From positions 40,238,001 through 40,302,000 of the forward strand of contig OZ024744.1 of assembly GCA_964016885.1 (NCBI GenBank): a stretch of 64,000 nucleotides of DNA, given 5' to 3'. The stretch comes from Eledone cirrhosa. Lineage: Eukaryota. The notes under the pieces are model-generated. The model saw only the letters and a list, made by a program, of their open reading frames with translations. It searched no databases and was not told the origin of the DNA. This document shows, in pieces, positions 1 to 10,300 of this stretch (its first letter is position 1; each line of letters starts with the position of its first letter). A program made the position numbers and the translations under genes.

Positions 1-17
1 AGTAGAAACAATTATTT

Positions 18-31
18 TATATATATATATT
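18..31. repeat. Short (TA)n microsatellite in intron
   Basis: Directly seen: tatatatatatat, about 6 TA units. Confidence 0.8.
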
Positions 32-144
32 TAATTAGCAGCAGTCTTACCCCTACCATATAACTGCTAACAAGTCGACTGCTAATGAGTCAACAAAAAG
101 GCTATGTCGTTATTTACCCTGCTTGAAATCACTCCTAATTGCAT

Positions 145-265
145 TTAACCCTTTTGATAGTAAACCACCTAAACTGCCTCTAGTTCTATAATACCTTAAG
201 ATATAATTATTTTAAAGTATTTATAATTATCTAAAAGAATTCCCTCATAAATTTATCAAATTAAT
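145..265 (+). mobile_element. Possible degenerate left end of a TTAA-type (piggyBac-like) non-autonomous element in the intron
   Basis: TTAA at 145-148 followed by CCCTTTTGAT, the TTAA-CCC terminus typical of piggyBac-like elements. The downstream sequence resembles a cephalopod repeat as I recall it. No matching right end (AAAAGGG-TTAA) is visible. Confidence 0.3.
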
Positions 266-279
266 TAAATAACTTGTAC

Positions 280-299
280 TATTTTATCTGCTTTTGTAG
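280..299 (+). promoter_or_regulatory. Polypyrimidine tract and 3' splice acceptor (AG at 298-299)
   Basis: tattttatctgcttttgtAG|G lies immediately before the reading frame with ABHD11 similarity. Confidence 0.85.
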
Positions 300-444
300 G
301 GAAGCTGAAGTGCCCGAGATACAAAGGTTATTTCCAAACTCCAAGATACAACATGTTCCAAATGCCGGACATTGGTTACATTCTGAAAAACCCAAAGAAT
401 TTTTAGTTGCAGTAAATTCCTTTTTAGAAACTATTCATGAATAG
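300..444 (+). CDS. ABHD11: Terminal coding exon of an ABHD11-like alpha/beta-hydrolase (partial gene; upstream exons outside the window)
   Basis: Base 300 completes a split codon. 301-444 reads EAEVPEIQRLFPNSKIQHVPNAGHWLHSEKPKEFLVAVNSFLETIHE-TAG. This matches the ABHD11/YbfF-type C-terminus (human, from memory: PSHHPEIMRLFPRAQMQTVPNAGHWIHADRPQDFIAAIRGFLV), including the catalytic-His motif AGHWxH. Confidence 0.88.
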
Positions 445-563
445 ATAAATTACCAGAAAAATATTTTAAAATAAGCCAATATGGTGGTAATATGTCTTAT
501 AATGTAATTGAAAAAAATAAGAATTTCTAATAATCATGATTGCCAAGAATATTAGGGATGACC

Positions 564-585
564 AATAAATAGTTGGAATAATAAA
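564..585 (+). promoter_or_regulatory. Candidate polyadenylation signals AATAAA (564-569, 580-585)
   Basis: Two canonical hexamers 120-140 bp after the stop codon, with T/GT-rich sequence at ~655-700. AATAAA is common in DNA this AT-rich, and alternatives exist (e.g. 1085-1090). Confidence 0.4.
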
Positions 586-705
586 TTTAGATAAAAACAT
601 TCCTAAAAAAATTTCTTAAAAAAACCTTTATATATTGGAAATGAAAAGAAATGTTTCCTTCATTTTCTATATGTATTTTTTTTATATGTGTTTTAATTTT
701 GTAAA

Positions 706-841
706 GTGGCGAATTGGCTGAGTCATTAGAACATTGAGTTAAATGCCTTCATATTTGTTCCCACTTTCTTTGTTCAAATTCCACTAAGGCCAACTTTGCC
801 TTTCATCTTTTTGAAGTTGATAAATAAAGTACCAGTCCAGT
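706..841 (+). mobile_element. Diverged, 3'-truncated tRNA-derived SINE
   Basis: A-box-like gtggcgaattggctgag, B-box-like gttcaaattcc, and body aactttgcctttcatc...gataaataaagtaccag, which is homologous to the copy at 1674-1906. Confidence 0.8.
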
Positions 842-926
842 GGTGGTGGATTGGTAGATTTATTAAAGGTTCAGACAGGATGTTTTGCCATGTGTGTGTT
901 TGGCTCTGTGTATTCTGAATTCAAAT
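842..926 (+). mobile_element. 5' head fragment of the same SINE family
   Basis: ggtggtggattggtaga...tattctgaattcaaat parallels ggtggtgaattggcag...cattctgagttcaaat at 1477-1561. It is truncated after the B box. Confidence 0.65.
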
Positions 927-1140
927 AATGTCTCCTATCATTGGAAAAATGGTGATGCTTCTGTCAAGAGTTGTGATCGACAGATAGTATCAGCAATGGA
1001 AAGACCACTGGAAATATAATTTCCTTGGTCTGATCTGACAATTGGCTCCTTTCCTTGTTGTTTTAATTTTAAAGATAGACGCTCAATAAAAGAAATATTC
1101 TAATATTTTGGGATCTTAATGTCAATTTCATTAATATAAA

Positions 1141-1306
1141 TGTTGTTGTTGTTGCTGTTTAACCCAAGATAAGTTTTTATTGAGCAGGCCTATACAACTA
1201 AAGAAAGGTATTACAGCTGTGCCCATCCCATCATTTGAATGACATTAAAGTGTAATTTGAAGGACATTGCACTGCTATTTTTAGCAAGTTGAATGACTAC
1301 ATAGAA
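1141..1306. repeat. (TGT)n tract followed by a probable old interspersed-repeat fragment
   Basis: tgttgttgttgttgctgttt is seen directly. The adjoining sequence (gagcaggcctat...cagctgtgcccatcccatc...gctatttttagca) resembles a cephalopod repeat only from memory. Confidence 0.35.
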
Positions 1307-1476
1307 TTAGTGGTTCTCAATCTTCTAAAATTTGTGGTTTACTAGAAATAACATAAAAAATTATTGGTTTATTTCACATGAAATGTTTAAAAAAATAAAT
1401 GTCTTAAAATTAAAAATCAAGAAAAAATATATAGAAGAATATTGCTAGCTTTATCTTATTAATTATCATCATTATT

Positions 1477-1669
1477 GGTGGTGAATTGGCAGTATCGGTA
1501 GAGCATCCAACAACATGCATTACAGCCTAGATTTACAGTCCTTTACATTCTGAGTTCAAATCCTGCAGGAGTGATAAAATAAAGTACTGGTAAAGCACTG
1601 GGCGTCGATTTAATTGACTTGCCCCTAACCCAATGTTGTTGACTCTGTGCCTAAATCAGAAACCATTAT
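1477..1669 (+). mobile_element. tRNA-derived SINE with internal deletion (copy A of tandem pair)
   Basis: A box (tggcagtatcggtag), B box (gagttcaaatcc) and tail tgtgcctaaatcagaaaccattat. It lacks the gctttgcctttcatcc segment present in copy B. Confidence 0.85.
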
Positions 1670-1673
1670 GGCC

Positions 1674-1906
1674 GGCAGTGGATTGGCAGTATTGGTAGAG
1701 CATCGGACACCCTGCTTGTGGCACAGAGTTACAGCCCTTTACGTTCTGAGTTCAAATCCCACTGAGGTTAGCTTTGCCTTTCATCCTTACGTGGTCGATA
1801 AAATAAAGTACCATTCACTCACTGGAGTCAATTTAATCAACTTTCCTTCCCCCACCCCCACCCCAAATTGCTGGCCTTGTGCCTAAATCAGAAACCATTA
1901 CTATTA
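1674..1906 (+). mobile_element. Near full-length tRNA-derived SINE (copy B of tandem pair)
   Basis: A box (tggcagtattggtag), B box (gagttcaaatccc), central domain gcctttcatccttacgtggtcgataaaataaagtacc (reminiscent of the MetaSINE central domain, unverified), and tail tgtgcctaaatcagaaaccattactatt. Confidence 0.88.
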
Positions 1907-1985
1907 TCAATCATATGATGGGTCCTCAACTAGTTTCAATGATGAGCTTGATCAATTGGGTGTCTGACTCATTAAATTAACATGA

Positions 1986-2950
1986 AAGTGGCTGAGGATT
2001 TTTTAGACATATATTCCCTTAATGTAGTTTTTAGGGAGGTTCAGCATAATACAACATATGTGATAATGATGTGGACCTTTGAATTACAAGTACAGGTTCT
2101 TGTTTAAGTGTCCAATTATTCCATAGACACATATACCATTAAAGTAATTCTCAGGGAGATTCAGCATAACAGGACATGTGGCAAGGCTGGACCTTGGAAT
2201 TACAGGTACAGTCTGTCTTATATTATATTGTAAGTGGCTGAGTATTCCACAGACACATATACCTTTAACATAATTCTCAGGAAGATTCAGCATGTCACAT
2301 GTGGCAAGGCTGGACCTTGCAATTACAGGTACAGTCTGTCTTATATTATATTGTAAGTGGCTGAGTATTCCACAGACACATATACCTTTAACATAATTCT
2401 CAGGAAGATTCAGCATGTCACAGTAGATGACACGGCAGGACTTTGAATTACAATCCATTCAACAAACTTCCACAGTTTTTGTTTCTCATTGAGTCACATT
2501 GTAAGTGGCTGAGTATTCCACAGATGTATGTACCTTTAACATAATTCTCAGGGAGATTCAGCATATGTAACAATGAGTCTTTGAATTAGATACAGTTCAT
2601 ATTGTATTATAGTGTAAGTGGCTGAGTATTCCACAGATGTATGTACCTTTAACATAATTCTCAGGGAGATTCAGCATATGTAACAATGTGTCTTTGAATT
2701 AGATTCAGTTCATATTGTATTATAGTGTAAGTGGCTGAGTATTCCACAGATGTATCTACCTTCAATGTAATTCCCAGGGAGATTCAGCACAACACAGTGT
2801 TATGCTGATTCCGCAGGTGGAGTTTTGGATTACAATCCAACAGTGGTTGAGTATTCCACAGATGCATGTACCTTTAACATAATTCTCAGGAAGATTCAGT
2901 ATGACACAGTGTTATGCTGATTCTCTAGGTGGACATTTGATTTGCAATAC
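1986..2950. repeat. Degenerate tandem array of 8 units (112-148 bp), probably derived from a SINE 3' segment in reverse orientation
   Basis: Core aagtggctgagtattccacaga...acctttaacataattctcaggRagattcagca...tttgaattac starts at 1986, 2106, 2232, 2355, 2503, 2616, 2729 and 2841. Near-identical pairs occur with 123-bp and 113-bp periods. The tandem structure is seen directly; the SINE origin is recollection. Confidence 0.88.
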
Positions 2951-3869
2951 AAGTTTCCACACAGTTTCCATCAACCCAGCTTTATTTACAAAGCTTAACT
3001 TGACTCAAGGTAATGGTAGTTTCCAACAACCCAGCTTTATTTACAAAGCCTAGCTTGACTCAATGTAATGGTAGTTTCCATCAACCCAGCTTTATTTACA
3101 AAGCCTAACTTGACCCAAGGTAATGGTAGCTTCCATCAAACCAGATTTATTTACAAAGCCTAGCTTGACTCAAGGTAATGGTAGTTTCCATCAACTCAGC
3201 TTTATTTACAAAGCCTAGCTTCACCCAAGGTAATAGTAGTTTCCATCAACCCAGCTTTATTTACAAAGCCTAGCTTCACCCAAGGTAATGGTAGTTTCCA
3301 TCAACCCAGCTTTATTTACAAAGCCTAGCTTGACTCAAAGTAATGTTAGTTTCCATCAACCCAGCATTAATTACAAAGCATAGCTTGACCCAAGGTAGTG
3401 ATAGTTTCCATCAACCCAGCTTTATTTACAAAGCCTAGCTTGACTCAAGGTAATGGTAGTTTCCATCAAGCCAGCTTTATTTACAAAGCCTAGCTTGACT
3501 CAAGGTAATGGTAGTTTCCATCAACCCAGCTTTATTTACAAAGCCTAGCTTGACTCAGAGTAATGGTAGTTTCCATCAACCCAGCTTTATTTACAAAGCC
3601 TAGCTTGACCCAAGATAATGGTAGTTTCCATCAACCCAGCTTTATTTACAAAGCCTAGCTTGACCCAAGGTAATGGTAGTTTCTATCAACCCAGCTTTAT
3701 TTAAAAAGCCTAGCTTGACTCAAGGTAATGGTATTTACATCAACCCAGCTTTATTTACAAAGCCTAGCTTGACTCAAGCTAATGGTAGTTTCCATCAACC
3801 CAGCTTTATTTACAAAGCCTAGCTTGACTCAAGGTAATGGTAGTTTCCATCAACCCAGCCTTATTTACA

Positions 3870-6800
3870 AAGCCTTACTTGACTCAAGGTAATGGTAGTT
3901 TTCATCAACCCAGCTTTATTTACAAAGCCTAGCTTGACCCAAGGTAATGGTAGTGACCATCAACCCAGCTTTATTTACAAAGCTTAGCTTGACTCAAGGT
4001 AATGGTAGTTTCCATCAACCCAGCTTTATTTACAATGCCTAGCTTGAGTCAAGGTAATGGTAGTTTCCATCAACCCAGCTTTATTTACAAAGCCTAGCTT
4101 GACCCAAGGTAATGGTAGTTTCCATCAACCCAGCTTTATTTACAAAGCCTAGCTCAATTCAAGGTAATGGTAGTTTCCATCAACCCAGCTTTATTTACAA
4201 AGCCTAGCTTGACTCAAGATAATGGTAGTTTCCATCAACCGAGCTTTATTTACAAAGCCTAGCTTGACTCAAGGTAATGGTAGTTTCCATCAACCCAGCT
4301 TTATTTACAAAGCCTAGCTTGACTCAAGGTAATGGTAGTTTCCATCAACCCAGCTTTATTTACAAAGCCTAGCTTGTCTCAAGGTAATGGTAGTTTCCAT
4401 CAACCCAGCTTTATTTACAAAGCCTAGCTTGACTCAAGGTAATGGTAGTTTCCATCAACCAAGTTTTATTTACAATGCCTAGCTTGACTCAAGGTAATGG
4501 TAGTTTCCATCAACCCAGCTTTATTTATAAAGCCTAGCTTGACCCAAAGTAATGGTAGTTTCCATCAACCCAGCTTTATTTACAAAGCCTAGCTTGACCC
4601 AAGGTAATGGTAGTTTCCATCAACCCAGCTTTATTTACAAAGCCTAGCTTAATTCAAGGTAATGGTAGTTTCCATCAACCCAGCTTTATTTACAAAGCCT
4701 AGCTTGACTCAAGATAATGGTAGTTTCCATCAACCCAGCTTTATTTACAAAGCCTAGCTTGACTCAAGATAATGGTAGTTTCCATCAACCGAGCTTTATT
4801 TACAAAGCCTAGCTTGACTCAAGGTAATGGTAGTTTCCATCAACCCAGCTTTATTTACAAAGCCTAGCTTGACTCAAGGTAATGGTAGTTTCCATCAACC
4901 CAGCTTTATTTACAAAGCCTAGCTTGTCTCAAGGTAATGGTAGTTTCCATCAACCCAGCTTTATTTACAAAGCCTAGCTTGACTCAAGGTAATGGTAGTT
5001 TCCATCAACCAAGTTTTATTTACAATGCCTAGCTTGACTCAAGGTAATGGTAGTTTCCATCAACCCAGCTTTATTTATAAAGCCTAGCTTGACCCAAAGT
5101 AATGGTAGTTTCCATCAACCCAGCTTTATTTACAAAGCCTAGCTTGACCCAAGGTAATGGTAGTTTCCATCAACCCAGCTTTATTTACAAAGCCTAGCTT
5201 AATTCAAGGTAATGGTAGTTTCCATCAACCCAGCTTTATTTACAAAGCCTAGCTTGACTCAAGATAATGGTAGTTTCCATCAACCCAGCTTTATTTACAA
5301 AGCCTAGCTTGACTCAAGGTAATGGTAGTTTCCATCAACCCGGCTTTATTTACAAAGCCTAGCTTGACTCAAGGTAATGGTAGTTTCCATCAATCCAGCT
5401 TTATTTACAAAGCCTAGCTTGTCTCAAGGTAATGGTAGTTTCCATCAACCCAGCTTTATTTACAAAGCCTAGCTTGACTCAAGGTAATGGTAGTTTCCAT
5501 CAACCAAGTTTTATTTACGATGTCTAGCTTGACTCAAGGTAATAGTAATTTACATCAACCAAGTTTTATTTACAAAGCCTAGCTTGACTCAAGGTAAGGG
5601 TAGGTTCCATCAACCCAGCTTTATTTACAAAGCCTAGCTTGACTCAAGGTAATGGTAGTTTCCATCAACCCAGCTTTATTTACAAATCCTAGCTTGTCTC
5701 AAGGTAATGGTAGTTTCCATCAACCCAGCTTTATTTACAAAGCCTAGCTTGACTCAAGGTAATGGTAGTTTCCATCAACCAAGTTTTATTTACAATGTCT
5801 AGGCTGACTCAAGATAATGGTAGTTTCCATCAACCCAGCTTTATTCACAAAGCCTAGCTTGACCCAAGGTAATGGTAGTTTCGATCAACCCAGCTTTATT
5901 TACAAAGCCTAGCTTGACTCAAGGTAATGGTAGTTTACATCAACCCAGCTTTATTTACAAAGCCTAGCTTGACTCAAGTTAATGGTAGTTTCCATCAACC
6001 CAGCTTTATCTACAAATACTAGCTTGACCCAAGGTAATGGTAGTTTCCATTAACCCAGCTTTATTTACAAATCCTAGCTTGACCCAAGGTAATGGTAGTT
6101 TCCATCAACCCAGCTTTATTTACAATGCCTAGCTTGACCCAAGATAATGGTAGTTTCCATCAACCCAGCTTTATTTACAAAGCCTAGCTTGACCCAAGGT
6201 AATGGTAGTTTCGATCAACCCAGCTTTATTTACAAAGCCTAGCTTGATTCAAGGTAATGGTAGTTTACATCAACCCAGCTTTATTTACAAAGCCTAGCTT
6301 GACCCGAGGTAATGGTAGTTTCCATCAACCCAGCTTTATTTACAAAGCCTAGCTTGACCCAAGGTAATGGTAGTTACCATCAACCCAGCTTTATTTACAA
6401 AGCCTAGCTTGACTCAAGGTAATGGTAGTTTCCATCAACCCAGCTTTATTTACAATGCCTAGCTTGAGTCAAGTTAATGGTAGTTTCCATCAACCCAGCT
6501 TTATTTACAAAGCCTAGCTTAATTCAAGGTAATGGTAGTTTCCATCAACCCAGCTTTATTTACAAAGCCTAGCTTGTCTCAAGGTAATGGTAGTTTCCAT
6601 CAACCCAGCTTTATTTACAAAGCCTAGCTTGACTCAAGGTAATGGTAGTTTCCATCAACCAAGTTTTATTTACAATGTCTAGCTTGACTCAAGGTAATGG
6701 TAGTTTCCATCAACCAAGCTTTATTTACAAAGCCTAGCTTGACTCAAGGTAATGGTAGTTTCCATCAACCCATCTTTATTTACAAAGCCTAGCTTGAACC

Positions 6801-9800
6801 AAAGTTATGGTAGTTTCCATCAACCCAGCTTTATTTACAAAGCCTAGCTTGACCCAAGGTAATGGTAGTTTCCATCAACCCAGCTTTATTTACAAAGCCT
6901 AGCTTAATTCAAGGTAATGGTAGTTTCCATCAACCCAGCTTTATTTACAAAGCCTAGCTTGACTCAAGATAATGGTAGTTTCCATCAACCCAGCTTTATT
7001 TACAAAGCCTAGCTTTACTCAAGTTAATGGTAGTTTCCATCAACCCGGCTTTATTTACAAAGCCGAGCTTGACTCAAGGTAATGGTAGTTTCCATCAACC
7101 CAGCTTTATTTACAAAGCCTAGCTTGTCTCAAGTTAATGGTAGTTTCCATCAACCCAGCTTTATTTACAAAGCCTAGCTTGACTCAAGGTAATGGTAGTT
7201 TCCATCAACCAAGTTTTATTTACAATGTCTAGCTTGACTCAAGATAATGGTAGTTTCCATCAACCCAGCTTTATTTACAAAGCCTAGCTTGACCCAAGGT
7301 AATGGTAGTTTTGATCAACCCAGCTTTATTTACAAAGCCTAGCTTGACTCAAGGTAATGGTAGTTCACATCAAGCCAGCTTTATTTACAAAGCCTAGCTT
7401 GACCCGAGGTAATGGCAGTTTCCATCAACCCAGCTTTATTTACAAAGCCTAGCCTGACTCAAGTTAGTGGTAGTTTCCATCAAGCCAGCTTTATTTACAA
7501 AGCCTTACTTGACTCAAGGTAATGGTAGTTTTCATCAACCCAGCTTTATTTACAAAGCCTAGCTTGACCCAAGGTAATGGTAGTGACCATCAACCCAGCT
7601 TTATTTACAAAGCTTAGCTTGACTCAAGGTAATGGTAGTTTCCATCAACCCAGCTTTATTTACAATGCCTAGCTTGAGTCAAGGTAATGGTAGTTTCCAT
7701 CAACGCAGCTTTATTTACAAAGCCTAGCTTGACCCAAGGTAATGGTAGTTTCCATCAACCCAGCTTTATTTACAAAGCCTAGCTCAATTCAAGGTAATGG
7801 TAGTTTCCATCAACCCAGCTTTATTTACAAAGCCTAGCTTGACTCAAGATAATGGTAGTTTCCATCAACCGAGCTTTATTTACAAAGCCTAGCTTGACTC
7901 AAGGTAATGGTAGTTTCCATCAACCCAGCTTTATTTACAAAGCCTAGCTTGACTCAAGGTAATGGTAGTTTCCATCAACCCAGCTTTATTTACAAAGCCT
8001 TGCTTGTCTCAAGGTAATGGTAGTTTCCATCAACCCAGCTTTATTTACAAAGCCTAGCTTGACTCAAGGTAATGGTAGTTTCCATCAACCAAGTTTTATT
8101 TACAATGCCTAGCTTGACTCAAGGTAATGGTAGTTTCCATCAACCCAGCTTTATTTATAAAGCCTAGCTTGACCCAAAGTAATGGTAGTTTCCATCAACC
8201 CAGCTTTATTTACAAAGCCTAGCTTGACCCAAGGTAATGGTAGTTTCCATCAACCCAGCTTTATTTACAAAGCCTAGCTTAATTCAAGGTAATGGTAGTT
8301 TCCATCAACCCAGCTTTATTTACAAAGCCTAGCTTGACTCAAGGTAATGGTAGTTTCCATCAACCAAGTTTTATTTACAATGTCTAGCTTGACTCAAGGT
8401 AATAGTAATTTACATCAACCAAGTTTTATTTACAAAGCCTAGCTTGACTCAAGGTAAGGGTAGGTTCCATCAACCCAGCTTTATTTACAAAGCCTAGCTT
8501 GACTCAAGGTAATGGTAGTTTCCATCAACCCAGCTTTATTTACAAATCCTAGCTTGTCTCAAGGTAATGGTAGTTTCCATCAACCAAGTTTTATTTACAA
8601 TGTCTAGGCTGACTCAAGATAATGGTAGTTTCCATCAACCCAGCTTTATTCACAAAGCCTAGCTTGACCCAAGGTGATGGTAGTTTCGATCAACCCAGCT
8701 TTATTTACAAAGCCTAGCTTGACTCAAGGTAATGGTAGTTTACATCAACCCAGCTTTATTTACAAAGCCTAGCTTGACTCAAGTTAATGGTAGTTTCCAT
8801 CAACCCAGCTTTATCTACAAATACTAGCTTGACCCAAGGTAATGGTAGTTTCCATTAACCCAGCTTTATTTACAAATCCTAGCTTGACCCAAGGTAATGG
8901 TAGTTTCCATCAACCCAGCTTTATTTACAAAGCCTAGCTTGACCCAAGGTAATGGTAGTTTCGATCAACCCAGCTTTATTTACAAAGCCTAGCTTGATTC
9001 AAGGTAATGGTAGTTTACATCAACCCAGCTTTATTTACAAAGCCTAGCTTGACCCGAGGTAATGGTAGTTTCCATCAACCCAGCTTTATTTACAAAGCCT
9101 AGCTTGACCCAAGGTAATGGTAGTTACCATCAACCCAGCTTTATTTACAAAGCCTAGCTTGACTCAAGGTAATGGTAGTTTCCATCAACCCAGCTTTATT
9201 TACAATGCCTAGCTTGAGTCAAGTTAATGGTAGTTTGCATCAACCCAGCTTTATTTACAAAGCCTAGCTTGACCCAAGGTAATGGTAGTTTCCATCAACC
9301 CAGCTTTATTTACAAAGCCTAGCTTAATTCAAGGTAATGGTAGTTTCCATCAACCCAGCTTTATTTACAAAGCCTAGCTTGTCTCAAGGTAATGGTAGTT
9401 TCCATCAACCCAGCTTTATTTACAAAGCCTAGCTTGACTCAAGGTAATGGTAGTTTCCATCAACCAAGTTTTATTTACAATGTCTAGCTTGACTCAAGGT
9501 AATGGTAGTTTCCATCAACCAAGCTTTATTTACAAAGCCTAGCTTGACTCAAGGTAATGGTAGTTTCCATCAACCCATCTTTATTTACAAAGCCTAGCTT
9601 GAACCAAAGTTATGGTAGTTTCCATCAACCCAGCTTTATTTACAAAGCCTAGCTTGACCCAAGGTAATGGTAGTTTCCATCAACCCAGCTTTATTTACAA
9701 AGCCTAGCTTAATTCAAGGTAATGGTAGTTTCCATCAACCCAGCTTTATTTACAAAGCCTAGCTTGACTCAAGATAATGGTAGTTTCCATAAACCCAGCT

Positions 9801-10300
9801 TTATTTACAAAGCCTAGCTTTACTCAAGTTAATGGTAGTTTCCATCAACCCGGCTTTATTTACAAAGCCTAGCTTGACTCAAGGTAATGGTAGTTTCCAT
9901 CAACCCAGCTTTATTTACAAAGCCTAGCTTGTCTCAAGGTAATGGTAGTTTCCATCAACCCAGCTTTATTTACAAAGCCGAGCTTGACTCAAGGTAATGG
10001 TAGTTTCCATCAACCAAGTTTTATTTACAATGTCTAGCTTGACTCAAGATAATGGTAGTTTCCATCAACCCAGCTTTATTTACAAAGCCTAGCTTGACCC
10101 AAGGTAATGGTAGTTTTGATCAACCCAGCTTTATTTACAAAGCCTAGCTTGACTCAAGGTAATGGTAGTTCACATCAACCCAGCTTTATTTACAAAGCCT
10201 AGCTTGACCCGAGGTAATGGCAGTTTCCATCAACCCAGCTTTATTTACAAAGCCTAGCCTGACTCAAGTTAGTGGTAGTTTCCATCAAGCCAGCTTTATC
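3870..10300 (+). repeat. Higher-order duplication, initial offset 66 monomers
   Basis: agccttactt at 3871 and 7501 (offset 3630=66x55). Later markers are offset by 2860 (5541/8401) and 2805 (7406/10211). Confidence 0.85.

Noticed and set aside
34-86. Short inverted repeats (ttagcag / ctgctaa twice)
   Set aside because: The arms are only 7-8 bp in intronic AT-rich DNA, with no supporting structure.
1477-1770. tRNA genes
   Set aside because: A and B boxes are present, but there is no intact cloverleaf and both continue into SINE body and tail.
1844-1864. Minus-strand G-quadruplex candidate
   Set aside because: There are only three long G-tracts, and they lie within a variable C-rich part of a SINE.
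1647-1886. 79-aa ORF from the track
   Set aside because: It has a GTG start in a eukaryotic context, lies wholly within the tail of one SINE and the body of the next, and shows no recognisable domain.
2084-2458. 124-aa minus-strand ORF with 41-aa Cys-containing repeats
   Set aside because: It is open only because the local unit is 123 bp (3x41). Neighbouring units of 113 and 148 bp break the frame, so it is a by-product of the tandem repeat.
1986-2950. CRISPR-like conserved core with variable linkers
   Set aside because: The linkers are themselves duplicated between adjacent units and the cores are long and degenerate, consistent with ordinary tandem duplication.
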